A stretch of DNA of 64,000 nucleotides from NCBI GenBank assembly GCA_043777755.1, contig JAYWHK010000212.1:8263-72262 (forward strand), in the 5' to 3' direction. The position numbers and the translations under genes were made by a program. This DNA comes from Saprospiraceae bacterium (GTDB lineage: Bacteria; Bacteroidota; Bacteroidia; Chitinophagales; Saprospiraceae). Of this stretch, positions 44,884-54,869 are shown in pieces. The notes under the pieces are model-generated. The model did no database searches. It was given only the letters and a program-made list of their open reading frames with translations, and had not been told where the DNA came from. Numbering within the stretch: position 1 is the first letter of the stretch; every line of letters begins with the position of its first letter.

Positions 44884-46702
44884 AAAAACTTTCTAATTTT
44901 AAATTGTCAATATAAGTAGTTGTTTTTCCTTCTCCATTCCAAAAACTTAGATGAACAGTATCGAAGTCTTCTTTTGGGATTTTTGTATCTATATAAATAG
45001 GAACTTTTGGGTCAGGTGTATAATAACGTTGTACCCGAATGGCTTTGTCTTTTATTTTTTTACCATCTTTTACAAAAGCAATTTGCATTTGCAGCATTTT
45101 CCATTGGTTCCATTCTTGAGCTGGAAAGCGAAAATCAGCAGACATACGCAACCATTTTCCTTCAATCCCTTCGTTTTTTACCTTATAAATTTTTGAATAT
45201 TGATTCCATTCATCTATAAACAACAATTTATTTGCCTTATTTTGTCCATCTACAATACTTAAAGTATCTGTGTCAAAATCATTAAAATACAAGGTTTTAG
45301 CGTTGTGAGGTGTCCCGTAAAAATATTCGTCAGTGTCTAATAATTTATAAGCATCTTTTTTCAAATTCCAATGACCCAATACCGCATAATAGAATTTTTT
45401 GTTCATATCGCCCGCTACAAAAAATCCTCCTTTGTGTGCTTGATGTGTGAACCAAAGGCTTACATAAGAGAAAAATACCGCCAAAATAACGATAAGTGAA
45501 GATAAAACATACTTTTTTAAAATAGATTTTGTAGAAAATAACGTAAAAAACCAAGTAATAAATGCTGTCAGTGGAAAAAGTAAAATGGTGTATGACTGTA
45601 CCATAGAGCGTTGCCCCAAACTACCACCATACCACCAACAATCCCAAGCAAAAGCAATATAAATAAATAAAATACTGTAAATCAAACACGCTACGGCAAT
45701 ATTTTTATTTTTGTAAAATAAAGGAATAAAACCCAATAACGCAAAATACATCATCGGAGAATACATCAGCCAACCAGCTCTAAAACTAAAAAAACCTTCT
45801 TCTAAATGCGGTTTTAGCCAGCTAAATCCTTGGTCTTCATAAGAATACACTATCCAATGTCCCGTAGCGTATTTCCAATACATCAACTGAATTGAGCCTA
45901 TAAATATAGTAAGAAAGACTGCAAAGAGTATTTTTAAATTATTGTTTTTGAAAAAATCAAAACGCTCCATCAACGTATTTTTATCAAAAACGCCCCAAAG
46001 TAACGGAATCAACGCCATGATAATTTCAGTAGGACGTGTCAAAGCTGCCCAACCAACACAAATACCAATCACAATGGCGTATTTCCAAGCGGCTGTTTCG
46101 TAAAAACGAATGGTCGCATAAGTCAATATCGCCAACAAAGTAAAGCAAAAACTATGCGTCATGGCACTATCAATCGAGGCATAATTCAAATAATTTGTAC
46201 CAATAAGCAACAACAAAAGTGCAACGCCTGTACTAACATCATCAAAATAACGAAGCAAAATTTTTCGAGCAAACCATAGTCCTATCAAAGAGGTCAGCAG
46301 TGTCCAAAGCACAATCGCAGCTTGGTAAGGTTTTGAAAAACCGTCAGCTGGAAAATGTGAGTTTTTGGCATAAAGATGCGCCGCAAAAAACGCTGGTAAA
46401 AAATGTAATGCTTGTCCACAACTGTATTTCATCACGTAATTACCACTTTCTTTGTGCAGAAAGGCTTGTTGCAACTCAGGTGTAGGGTTGTAATCTCTAA
46501 AAATCTTGTCTTTAAACTTGATTTGCTTGACATCTTTGTAAATAAAAATAGCTGGCAAATAAAAATAATACCCAGAAACGTCCCAAGATAAGACACACTC
46601 ACCTTCATTTACTTTCCATTTTGGATAATAAATCAAAGAAGCATAAGCAAGCATAAATACCGCTGCTATATAGGCAAAAAGAGAAAATTTTATATTTTTC
46701 AT
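44873..46702 (-). CDS. GT-C fold (ArnT/PMT-like, GT39/83-like) membrane glycosyltransferase
   Basis: 609 aa from the ATG at 46702. The listed 46837 start would overlap the upstream OmpA-family gene. More than 10 TM segments plus a soluble C-terminal domain, and a YYFYLPAIFIY loop motif. Confidence 0.7.
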   Translation of the reverse strand: MKNIKFSLFAYIAAVFMLAYASLIYYPKWKVNEGECVLSWDVSGYYFYLPAIFIYKDVKQIKFKDKIFRDYNPTPELQQAFLHKESGNYVMKYSCGQALHFLPAFFAAHLYAKNSHFPADGFSKPYQAAIVLWTLLTSLIGLWFARKILLRYFDDVSTGVALLLLLIGTNYLNYASIDSAMTHSFCFTLLAILTYATIRFYETAAWKYAIVIGICVGWAALTRPTEIIMALIPLLWGVFDKNTLMERFDFFKNNNLKILFAVFLTIFIGSIQLMYWKYATGHWIVYSYEDQGFSWLKPHLEEGFFSFRAGWLMYSPMMYFALLGFIPLFYKNKNIAVACLIYSILFIYIAFAWDCWWYGGSLGQRSMVQSYTILLFPLTAFITWFFTLFSTKSILKKYVLSSLIVILAVFFSYVSLWFTHQAHKGGFFVAGDMNKKFYYAVLGHWNLKKDAYKLLDTDEYFYGTPHNAKTLYFNDFDTDTLSIVDGQNKANKLLFIDEWNQYSKIYKVKNEGIEGKWLRMSADFRFPAQEWNQWKMLQMQIAFVKDGKKIKDKAIRVQRYYTPDPKVPIYIDTKIPKEDFDTVHLSFWNGEGKTTTYIDNLKLESFYEK

Positions 46703-46748
46703 AGTGTTTTTTGTTTTGAAGAACAAAGATAAAAAATAATTCAAAAAT

Positions 46749-48743
46749 CTACTCCACAATTTTAAAAGTTGTTCTACGATTCGCCTGATGTTCGTCTTCC
46801 AAGCATTTGTTGCACTGACAAAGCACAGCAGGAACATTTTCGCCGTAACCTTTGGCGGTCAGGCGATTGGAAGCGATGCCTTTACTAATCAAATAATCAA
46901 CCGCAGCTTGCGCACGACGTTGAGAGAGTTCCTCATTGTATTGGTCGTTTCCTCGGCAATCTGTGTGCGAATTGAGTTGGATTTTGACGGTAGGATTCTC
47001 CGCCAAGGTTTGCGACAACTGATTCAAGGTAGGTTGTGCATCGTTGCGAATATCCCATTTATCATAATCATAATAGATGTTTTCGAGCGTAATTTCTTTG
47101 TTTTTATATATTTTATCCAAAATAATTTCCACTTCAAATTTTTGCGTAGGATTGTTAGCATCATCCGCAATACCTTTTGTAGAAAACGAAGTACTGTTGT
47201 TGAGGTAATTTTCTTTGCTCGCAACAAACTGATAATCAGTATTTTTTGCAGCTTCTACAGAGAAAAAACCTTCTTCATTGCTGACGATTTTTTTTGTTTC
47301 TTTGCCTGTATTAATGCTGACAACGCTATTCGGAATACCTCTTCGAGCAATGACCTTTGAGTTCGGATTGTCCGCCTGCGCATAGATTTTTTCCAAAACA
47401 TAGCCTTCCAAAAGCAATTTATAAACAATATTTTTCGGCTGTTCTGTCGTTGTTTTTTTTACAGTATCAACAGGCAACGGTGGCAAAACGATTTTTTTAA
47501 AGGCATAAACATCATCACCGCCTTGTCCACCTTTTCGATTGGACGTGAAAAAACCATTTTGCAAAATGTCATTTTGATTTTTTTCATCAACGACAAAAGA
47601 AAAATCATCAGCACCAGAGTTGATAGGCGCACGTAGATTTTGCGGTTGTGACCACGCTCCATTTGACATTTTGATGCTTTTGAAAACATCTAAACCACCC
47701 ATTCCTTGCCAAAAATCAGAGGAAAAATAAAGCGTATCGCCATCAATCGTAGGAAAAACCTCATTTCCAATACTATTGATATTACGTGGCAATATTTTTG
47801 GCAAAGTCCATTTCCCATCTATTTGACTCGTACTGTACAAATCAAATCCGCCAATACCTTCACCGCCATTGGCACTAAAAATCAAACCATTGCCATCTGG
47901 TGACAAGCACGGATGCCAATAATTGGTTTTGGGTTCGCAAAAAGGCAAGACTTCTGGTTTTGACCAAATCACACCTTCTCGTTCAGCATAATAAAGTTTT
48001 GTGAACTGGTCATCTTTGTCATTTTCGGCAGCATTTCGGACAAAAATCATTTTGGTAAAAGCCGCATTAAAAGTTGCAGAACCTTCATTATCAGGCGTAT
48101 TGATTTGTGTACTGAAAGGTTTTACAACGTTATTTTTTTTGTCAATGGTGTATAAATCACTGAAAGATTTGCCCGTCCATTGGTATTTTTCCGCTTTACT
48201 ATTGTTGCTTCGGTCAGACGTAATCACGATTTGGTCAGCCGCATAAATGGCAGGAGCGTAATCATCTTGCGCAGAGTTAAACGCTTGTTTATCAACGATG
48301 TATGGAGAGCGAGCCGTCTTCCATTTACCAGCGACTTGGCAGCTTTCAATGTCTTTTTTGAACTCAAAAGGGCTGCCAATTTCCATACTTGCTTCTTTGA
48401 AGGCTTTGGCAGCTTCCGTATATTGTTCATCTTTTTTGAGTGCATTGGCATAAGCCCGAAAAGCCTCTGCGCCATATTGTTGGTCAATTGCTTTTTTGTA
48501 CCAAGCTATTGCAGCATCGTTTTTGCCTGTTTTACTATAGCTTTCCGCCAATTGAAACGCCAATTTGCCTTTTTCTTTTTTTTCTTTGCTTTTCAAAAAT
48601 TCTTTTTCCAGCATGGGAATCGCTACGGCAAACTGTTTGCGTTCAAAAGCAGTGCGCCCATCACGGATTTTTTCGGTATAACTGCACGCAGCCGCCAAAA
48701 TCAAAAAAGTAAGTAAGAAATAATGAAATATGCTTTTATTCAT
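46749..48743 (-). CDS. OmpA-family protein with TPR, TolB-like beta-propeller and CarboxypepD_reg-like regions
   Basis: C-terminal NIYYDYDKWDIR...LNSHTDCRGNDQYNEELSQRRAQAAVDYL OmpA_C motif. N-terminal lipoprotein-like signal and TPR helices. Confidence 0.9.
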   Translation of the reverse strand: MNKSIFHYFLLTFLILAAACSYTEKIRDGRTAFERKQFAVAIPMLEKEFLKSKEKKEKGKLAFQLAESYSKTGKNDAAIAWYKKAIDQQYGAEAFRAYANALKKDEQYTEAAKAFKEASMEIGSPFEFKKDIESCQVAGKWKTARSPYIVDKQAFNSAQDDYAPAIYAADQIVITSDRSNNSKAEKYQWTGKSFSDLYTIDKKNNVVKPFSTQINTPDNEGSATFNAAFTKMIFVRNAAENDKDDQFTKLYYAEREGVIWSKPEVLPFCEPKTNYWHPCLSPDGNGLIFSANGGEGIGGFDLYSTSQIDGKWTLPKILPRNINSIGNEVFPTIDGDTLYFSSDFWQGMGGLDVFKSIKMSNGAWSQPQNLRAPINSGADDFSFVVDEKNQNDILQNGFFTSNRKGGQGGDDVYAFKKIVLPPLPVDTVKKTTTEQPKNIVYKLLLEGYVLEKIYAQADNPNSKVIARRGIPNSVVSINTGKETKKIVSNEEGFFSVEAAKNTDYQFVASKENYLNNSTSFSTKGIADDANNPTQKFEVEIILDKIYKNKEITLENIYYDYDKWDIRNDAQPTLNQLSQTLAENPTVKIQLNSHTDCRGNDQYNEELSQRRAQAAVDYLISKGIASNRLTAKGYGENVPAVLCQCNKCLEDEHQANRRTTFKIVE

Positions 48744-49001
48744 AGTCGTAAGTAGTCCTAAGTAAATAAGTCGTAAGTCTGAAAGTCATTTAATGTTTGG
48801 CTATCAATAGATTACAAAATTTTATAACCGTGTTCATTTAGACATTACTACTTAATAAAGTTTTACAATTCTTTTTATTGTGTCAAAAATACAATTTTTT
48901 TGAAAAGTAGTTAGAAAAATAACAAAAACCTTTTGTGAATATGAAAAAGGAGAACGATATTTGTCCATAAATTCAAATCATTATTTTTTTAAATATAAAA
49001 A

Positions 49002-50159
49002 ATGTACAAATTTTTTCTTAGCTTATTCTTTGTTGTTTCTTTTTTTGAAAAAAATCAAGCCCAAACGGGTGTTAAATTTGAAAGTATTTCTTGGAAAAAA
49101 GCCTTAGCAAAAGCAACCGAAACGAATAAACTTATTTTTTTAGATGCTTACACGACTTGGTGCGCGCCTTGCAAAACGATGGAAAAAGATGTTTTTCCTC
49201 GTGTTCCCGTTGGCGATTTTTTCAATACCAATTTTATTTGTGTAAAAATGGATATGGAACGTGGCGAAGGTCTTGACTTAGCACGACAATTCAACATTCA
49301 TGCGTTCCCAACCTTTATTTTTGTTGATGGAAAAGGCAATGTGATGCACTCAGACGCTGGCGGAAAAAGCATCGAAGAATGTCTTGCGATGGGAAACCTT
49401 GCACTGAATCCGCAAGAGCGAATGGCGGCTTTGGACAAAAAATTTGCCGAAGGCGGCAATGCTGACATTGATTTTTTAAAAACATACATTGACAAGCGTT
49501 TTGCGCTTCAAAACAATTCGCATCAAGCTGCCGCAGAAGCCTATTTGACCTTTCAAAACGATTGGACAACGCCCGAAAACATAGATTTTATTGTAAAATA
49601 CGTTCAAAATCCAGGGAGCAAAGCCTTTGCTTATTTGTTGGACAACAAAGCAAAATTTATCAAGCAAATCGGAAAACAAAAGGTGGAAAGCAAGATAGAA
49701 TCTTGCATTTATGACGAGTTGTACAAAGGAAATTCTCGTACAGGCATTGATGCAATGGCAAAAATTTTAGAGCGACAATATGGCGAGCGTGCGCCTTATT
49801 ATTTGGCAAGGTACAAAGCTGTTTTTGCCCAAGCAACATTTGACATTAACAACTTCCAGACTTCTGCAAACGAGTATTTTTCAAAATTCCCACCAGAAGA
49901 CCCTGCCGAATGGTCTGCCATGGCACTTTATGCAACAAATTTTCCTTTTGATAAAAACTTGTTAAAAACGGCTTTGACTTGGGTTGAAAATGGCATCAAA
50001 CAAGAAGATAATTTCGATTGTCGTTTTGCGAAAGCTCGTCTTTTTCATTATGCTGGAAAAAATCGCAAAGCAAAAAAAATCGCAAAATCTGCCATTTCTT
50101 GGGCTAAAAAAAATGGTGAAAACACAGATAAAATAGAGAAATTTTTAGAAGATTTGTAA
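49002..50159 (+). CDS. Thioredoxin-fold family protein (secreted) with helical C-terminal domain
   Basis: Signal peptide. FLDAYTTWCAPCKTM CxxC motif. Confidence 0.8.
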   Translation: MYKFFLSLFFVVSFFEKNQAQTGVKFESISWKKALAKATETNKLIFLDAYTTWCAPCKTMEKDVFPRVPVGDFFNTNFICVKMDMERGEGLDLARQFNIHAFPTFIFVDGKGNVMHSDAGGKSIEECLAMGNLALNPQERMAALDKKFAEGGNADIDFLKTYIDKRFALQNNSHQAAAEAYLTFQNDWTTPENIDFIVKYVQNPGSKAFAYLLDNKAKFIKQIGKQKVESKIESCIYDELYKGNSRTGIDAMAKILERQYGERAPYYLARYKAVFAQATFDINNFQTSANEYFSKFPPEDPAEWSAMALYATNFPFDKNLLKTALTWVENGIKQEDNFDCRFAKARLFHYAGKNRKAKKIAKSAISWAKKNGENTDKIEKFLEDL

Positions 50160-50187
50160 AAAACACTTTCAAATCCAGATTTTTCTC

Positions 50188-50195
50188 TACTTTTG
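50188..50195 (+). promoter_or_regulatory. TAnnTTTG box (TActTTTG)
   Basis: Lies 20 nt upstream of the ATG at 50215. Confidence 0.4.
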
Positions 50196-50214
50196 ACTTA
50201 AAATAAAAAAAACC

Positions 50215-51330
50215 ATGCTGAAAAATATCAACCGTTACGTTACCATTGGAATTATAATTGTGCTTTTGGGCTTGATTATGACTTATTTTAGTAACATTGT
50301 TACTTATGTACTCATCGCTTGGGTTTTGTCCATGATAGGACAGCCTTTTATGAATTTTTTTCTCAAACTTCGGTATAAAAAAATCGGTATTGGGCCATCG
50401 CTTGCAGCGATACTGACGATGTTTTGTTTTTTTATTATTTTTGCTTTGTTGGTATGGATTTTTGTACCGCCAATTATTGAGCAAGCACAACGTTTGTCGA
50501 ATGTTGATTATACCAAAATCGAAAGAGCTATTGAACAACCGACCAAACAATTCAGCAATTGGCTGCAACAATATGGCATTATTCCTCCCAATAAATCCGC
50601 TTTAGACCAACTGGTACTCACGGTCAAAAATGCAGTAAGTCCCGCACGAATTGGCAATCTAATTGAAACTACGATTTCTACTGCGGGTTCTATTTTTGTA
50701 GGATTGAGTTCTGTTATTTTCATCACTTTTTTCTTTTTGAAAGATCACAGTATGCTTTCGGAGTTTTTGACAGCTATCTTTCCTGCTGGTTATAGCGGCA
50801 ATATGCGTACAGCTATTGACGACATCAGGACTTTATTGATTCGTTATTTTGGAGGTATTTTGATTCAGATGGTTTCTATAACCAGTATTGTGGCAGGACT
50901 TTTGACTATTTTAGGTGTTCCAAATGCTCTATTGATTGGCTTTTTTGCTGCATTGATGAACATTATTCCTTATGTCGGCCCTTTGATTGGTGCAGCTTTT
51001 GGCGTTATGATTACGTTTTCGTCGCATTTGGATTTAGATTTTTACACACAAATCATTCCTTTGGTCATAAAAGTGCTATGTGTTTTTCCTGTGGTTCAGA
51101 TGATAGATGGTTTTATTTTACAACCTTACATTTTTTCTAACCGAGTTATGGCACATCCTTTGGAAATCTTTATTGTGATTTGGATTGGTGCTGACATTTG
51201 GGGCGTTCCAGGTATGGTTTTGGCGATTCCAGCATATACTGTTTTACGGGTTATTGCCCGTACATTTTTTAATGAGTTCCGCTTCGTTCAAGCCATTACG
51301 GAAAATATGGACGAAGGATTAGATGATTAG
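50215..51330 (+). CDS. AI-2E family transporter (PerM/UPF0118)
   Basis: 371 aa, about 8 TM segments, conserved NIIPYVGP motif. Confidence 0.88.
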   Translation: MLKNINRYVTIGIIIVLLGLIMTYFSNIVTYVLIAWVLSMIGQPFMNFFLKLRYKKIGIGPSLAAILTMFCFFIIFALLVWIFVPPIIEQAQRLSNVDYTKIERAIEQPTKQFSNWLQQYGIIPPNKSALDQLVLTVKNAVSPARIGNLIETTISTAGSIFVGLSSVIFITFFFLKDHSMLSEFLTAIFPAGYSGNMRTAIDDIRTLLIRYFGGILIQMVSITSIVAGLLTILGVPNALLIGFFAALMNIIPYVGPLIGAAFGVMITFSSHLDLDFYTQIIPLVIKVLCVFPVVQMIDGFILQPYIFSNRVMAHPLEIFIVIWIGADIWGVPGMVLAIPAYTVLRVIARTFFNEFRFVQAITENMDEGLDD

Positions 51331-51460
51331 TAAATGGTGAAATAAATATTTATAAAATTTTAAAATACTTACGATTATAAACCTGAAATTGGATTTGCAT
51401 AAGAAAATTAATTTTCTGTTAAACCACACCTCAAAAAAAACAAATCACTGTTTATATCAG

Positions 51461-51468
51461 TATATTTG
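51461..51468 (+). promoter_or_regulatory. TAnnTTTG box (TAtaTTTG)
   Basis: Lies 37 nt upstream of the ATG at 51505. Confidence 0.4.
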
Positions 51469-51504
51469 TATATTATTTTTACTAAAAAAATCCAATATTA
51501 AAAA

Positions 51505-51963
51505 ATGAAACTCAACTTAATTTTTGCTTATTTGCTTATTAGCTTTTTTACTTTTTCATGTACTGCTCAAAGCTCTAAAACGGCTATCAAAGAAGAAGTC
51601 AAACCAGCTGCAACAGAAAAAAAAGTATCGCCTGCCCGTCAGATGTTGAAATGGGACAATGATTTTATAGAATATGGAAAAGTCAAAAAAGGTGACAAGC
51701 GTGAGCATACTTACAGATTTCAAAACATTAGTAAGGAAGATGTCAATATTATGATTTGTACAGCGTGCGATTGTACTACTTTGGACTGGACAAGCAAAAC
51801 AATTAAACCAGGCGAATTTGGCGAAGTCAATACTATATTTAACAGTAAAGACAAAGATAAAGATGAAACCATTAATATCACCATCATTTTAAAAAATGAA
51901 GATGCTGTATTGCATTATCCCATCGTAGATGAGGTAAAATTTCATTTTGAAATAGAAAAATAA
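51505..51963 (+). CDS. DUF1573 domain-containing lipoprotein
   Basis: Lipobox FSC. YRFQNISKEDVNI...CDCTTLDW...IKPGEFGEV pattern. Confidence 0.78.
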   Translation: MKLNLIFAYLLISFFTFSCTAQSSKTAIKEEVKPAATEKKVSPARQMLKWDNDFIEYGKVKKGDKREHTYRFQNISKEDVNIMICTACDCTTLDWTSKTIKPGEFGEVNTIFNSKDKDKDETINITIILKNEDAVLHYPIVDEVKFHFEIEK

Positions 51964-51972
51964 ATTTCCGTT

Positions 51973-52012
51973 AAAAAAAGCGTTACAAATTCACATTTGC
52001 AACGCTTTTTTT
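51973..52012. terminator. Bidirectional rho-independent terminator
   Basis: gcgttacaaat / atttgcaacgc stem flanked by A- and T-runs, between convergent genes. Confidence 0.6.
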
Positions 52013-52036
52013 AACAGTTCATCAAATTTTACTCAA

Positions 52037-54619
52037 TTACTGTTCAAATTCATTTTCCGAAAACTCATCGCTTGTTTTTTGCTTATTGTTGTATTCTCCA
52101 CAATTGATGGTGATGCCCAAATCGCCAGGAGGAATTTTAAATTTTTGGCTAAAATTATAACCCGATTTGGGGTCGGTTTCCAGTTTTTTTACAAATTTAG
52201 CGAAAAAAGGACGTGCCATTTTTGCACCTTGTCCGTCTTCGATGGTAAGGAAACGAATCCAGCGATCATCGCCGCCAACCCAAGTTCCTACGACCAAGTT
52301 TGGCGTAATACCCATAAACCAACCGTCCACATAGTCATTGGTTGTCCCTGTTTTCCCACCAACTTCACTTTTTAGTTCGCTAATACCAGGCGCACCTTGC
52401 GTTACGTATTTCAACATATCCACCATGACGTAATTGGCAGCTGCGCCAAGCGCACGGTGTTCTTCTGGCAGATTATTGTAGATGATTTTACCATTTTTAT
52501 CCTCAATTCGCAGTAAATACATTGGTTTTTCAAACATTCCGTCATTGGCAAAAGTGGTGTAAGCTCCTGCCATTTCCATTACACTCAGGTCACAAGCACC
52601 TAAACAAAGTGCTGGTTGTTTGATGATTTTTGCACTATCAATACCCATGTTGTTCATCAAGCCACGGACAGGGCCCGTATCGCTCAGTTGTTTCATCAAA
52701 TAAACAGAAATTGTATTGACAGACTCTTTCAAGGCTTCTTTTAGGTTATAGTTTCGTCCAGAATAACCTTTTGAGTTGCTTGGTGTCCAACTGCGAGAAA
52801 GCCCAAAGCTCCCTTCTCCTGCATGAATCGTGTAAGGTAAATCTGGAATCTGCATACACGGCGAAACGCCTTGTTGCGCTACCGCAGTAGCATAAACGTA
52901 AGGTTTGATGGTTGAGCCAACTTGTCGGGTACTGCGGCAGTGGTCATATTGGAAATATTTATGGTTGATACCACCAACCCAAGCCTTGACATAACCTGTT
53001 TTCGGATCAACTGCCAAAGAACCCAACTGCATAAACATTCGGTGGTATTTGATAGAATCCAAGGGACTCATTACCGTATCTTTCTCGCCACTGATGCTGT
53101 GTGCAAAGATTTTCATTGGGATTTTATTTCTAAAATCTTTTCCAACAGCATTTTGTAAACCATTCCATTGATTTTTAAGATTTGTCCAGTCTTCACTTTC
53201 CAAAAGACGACGCAATTGTGCCACTTTTTCAGCAGGCATATTCTTTTCAGTCACCAACTTTGCCAACGGGCCTTTCATTTCAATCAAAGTCTTAATATCG
53301 TCGTCGGTCAAAACCAAACCTTCAATATCTGTTTGGATTTTTGCAACAATATCATCTAAATAACGAGAACGTAACGCTTGATAACGGTCTGATTCTGAGA
53401 TAATTCGCTGCAAAGCATTTTGACGAATGGTTGCATCTATATTGATTGCTTTATCACTCCAAGGGTCACGTCCTTTCCAAACAGCCCAATAGCGTTTTTG
53501 CAATTGCCCCATGTGTTCACGCATCGCAGCTTCAGCATGACGCTGTATTACGGGGTCAATCGTCGTATAAATTTTCAAACCATCTTTGTAAATATTGTAT
53601 TTGCTGCCGTCAGACTTGCGAATTTCGGGCGTTTCCAAGATTTTTTGAATGTCTTTTCGCAATTCCATACGAAAGTACGCTGCCAAACCACCAATAGCAG
53701 AATTTCGAGTAAAGTTAAGTTTAACAGGAATTTTTGAATATTTATCGTATTCGGCTTGAGTCAAAACTTTGTTGCGCACCATTTGCCCCAAAACAATATT
53801 GCGGCGTTTGAGTGCATTTTGTGGATGTTTGACGGGATTGTGCAAGGCTGGATTTTGCAACATTCCAACCAATACAGCGGCTTCTTCTAATTTTAGTTTG
53901 TTTTGAGGTTTTCCAAAATAAATCTCTGATGCAGAGCGAATACCAGTTCCTCCGTAGATAAAATCAGCTTGGTTCAAGTACATTGCCAGAATCTCTTCTT
54001 TGGTATAACTTTTCTCTAACTTAACGGCTGTAATCCATTCTTGCAGTTTGATATTGACCAAGGCAAAAGCCCTACGGACAGTTCCCATTCCTTTAAAATC
54101 ACGGTTAGAATAAAGTAATTTTGCCAATTGCTGCGAAATCGTAGAACCTCCACCTTGCGGATTGAACGTTGCTAAACCTTTTGCTACACGACCAAAAGCC
54201 TCCCAATCAATACCACTGTGGCTATAAAAACGCTCATCTTCAGTAGAAATTAACGCATTGACCAAGTTTTTTGACAAAGAATCATAGGGAACTGGCACAC
54301 GATTTTCGATGTAATAACGACCAATTACTTCATTATTACTGCCAAAAATCTCAGACGCTAAGTTACTCTTAGGGTTTTCAAGTTCTTCAAATGTAGGTAA
54401 GCCACTGAAGTTCAATACTATTATATATAGTATCAAAGCCGACAACGAGCCAATCGCCAATCGCCACATCCATTTTGTCCAATGCTCGTATTTGCTTGTT
54501 CGAGCATCTCGAGGATTGGAAGGCGTTGGTGGTTTTGCATTGACATCCCATTCTGTTTGGTAAATAGGTTGATTCTGATTTGGCTCTTGCGGTGAAGGAG
54601 TGTTTGGAGTATTGTCCAT
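52037..54619 (-). CDS. mrcA: Penicillin-binding protein 1A (bifunctional transglycosylase/transpeptidase)
   Basis: EDERFYSHSGID and GGSTISQQLAK (GT51), STIKP and KTGTT (transpeptidase) motifs. Confidence 0.93.
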   Translation of the reverse strand: MDNTPNTPSPQEPNQNQPIYQTEWDVNAKPPTPSNPRDARTSKYEHWTKWMWRLAIGSLSALILYIIVLNFSGLPTFEELENPKSNLASEIFGSNNEVIGRYYIENRVPVPYDSLSKNLVNALISTEDERFYSHSGIDWEAFGRVAKGLATFNPQGGGSTISQQLAKLLYSNRDFKGMGTVRRAFALVNIKLQEWITAVKLEKSYTKEEILAMYLNQADFIYGGTGIRSASEIYFGKPQNKLKLEEAAVLVGMLQNPALHNPVKHPQNALKRRNIVLGQMVRNKVLTQAEYDKYSKIPVKLNFTRNSAIGGLAAYFRMELRKDIQKILETPEIRKSDGSKYNIYKDGLKIYTTIDPVIQRHAEAAMREHMGQLQKRYWAVWKGRDPWSDKAINIDATIRQNALQRIISESDRYQALRSRYLDDIVAKIQTDIEGLVLTDDDIKTLIEMKGPLAKLVTEKNMPAEKVAQLRRLLESEDWTNLKNQWNGLQNAVGKDFRNKIPMKIFAHSISGEKDTVMSPLDSIKYHRMFMQLGSLAVDPKTGYVKAWVGGINHKYFQYDHCRSTRQVGSTIKPYVYATAVAQQGVSPCMQIPDLPYTIHAGEGSFGLSRSWTPSNSKGYSGRNYNLKEALKESVNTISVYLMKQLSDTGPVRGLMNNMGIDSAKIIKQPALCLGACDLSVMEMAGAYTTFANDGMFEKPMYLLRIEDKNGKIIYNNLPEEHRALGAAANYVMVDMLKYVTQGAPGISELKSEVGGKTGTTNDYVDGWFMGITPNLVVGTWVGGDDRWIRFLTIEDGQGAKMARPFFAKFVKKLETDPKSGYNFSQKFKIPPGDLGITINCGEYNNKQKTSDEFSENEFEQ

Positions 54620-54830
54620 AGTATTTAGCTGTAAATTTATTTAGTGCAAAAATACATTTTTTTTTGAAACTACTCTTCTTCTCATCATTTTTTAATAAAA
54701 ATGATTACTTTTGCAAGAAATTATTAAAATACTTTCCAGCAAAAACTTTATTTCATGTCTTTTGTTTTACTTTTTGACATAATTTTGAAAAAAGCCTACA
54801 ATAAATAGGCATTGTTCTCGTCAAAAGTAG

Positions 54831-54838
54831 TAATTTTG
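54831..54838 (+). promoter_or_regulatory. TAnnTTTG box (TAatTTTG)
   Basis: Lies 32 nt upstream of the ATG at 54870. Confidence 0.4.
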
Positions 54839-54869
54839 CAGTTAAATTTAATTACAATAAATCCGAATA

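Noticed and set aside
46703-46837. N-terminal extensions given by the ORF track (46837, 57505, 57864, 21778, 5732, 26159, 40818, 20633)
   Set aside because: These extended starts are non-ATG codons or run through terminators, repeats, promoter boxes or the preceding gene. Downstream ATGs give normal N-termini (signal peptides or family-typical starts).
50104-50571. 155-aa minus-strand ORF overlapping the end of the thioredoxin-like gene and the start of the AI-2E transporter
   Set aside because: It is antisense to two supported genes and crosses their intergenic promoter. Its basic low-complexity sequence resembles no family.
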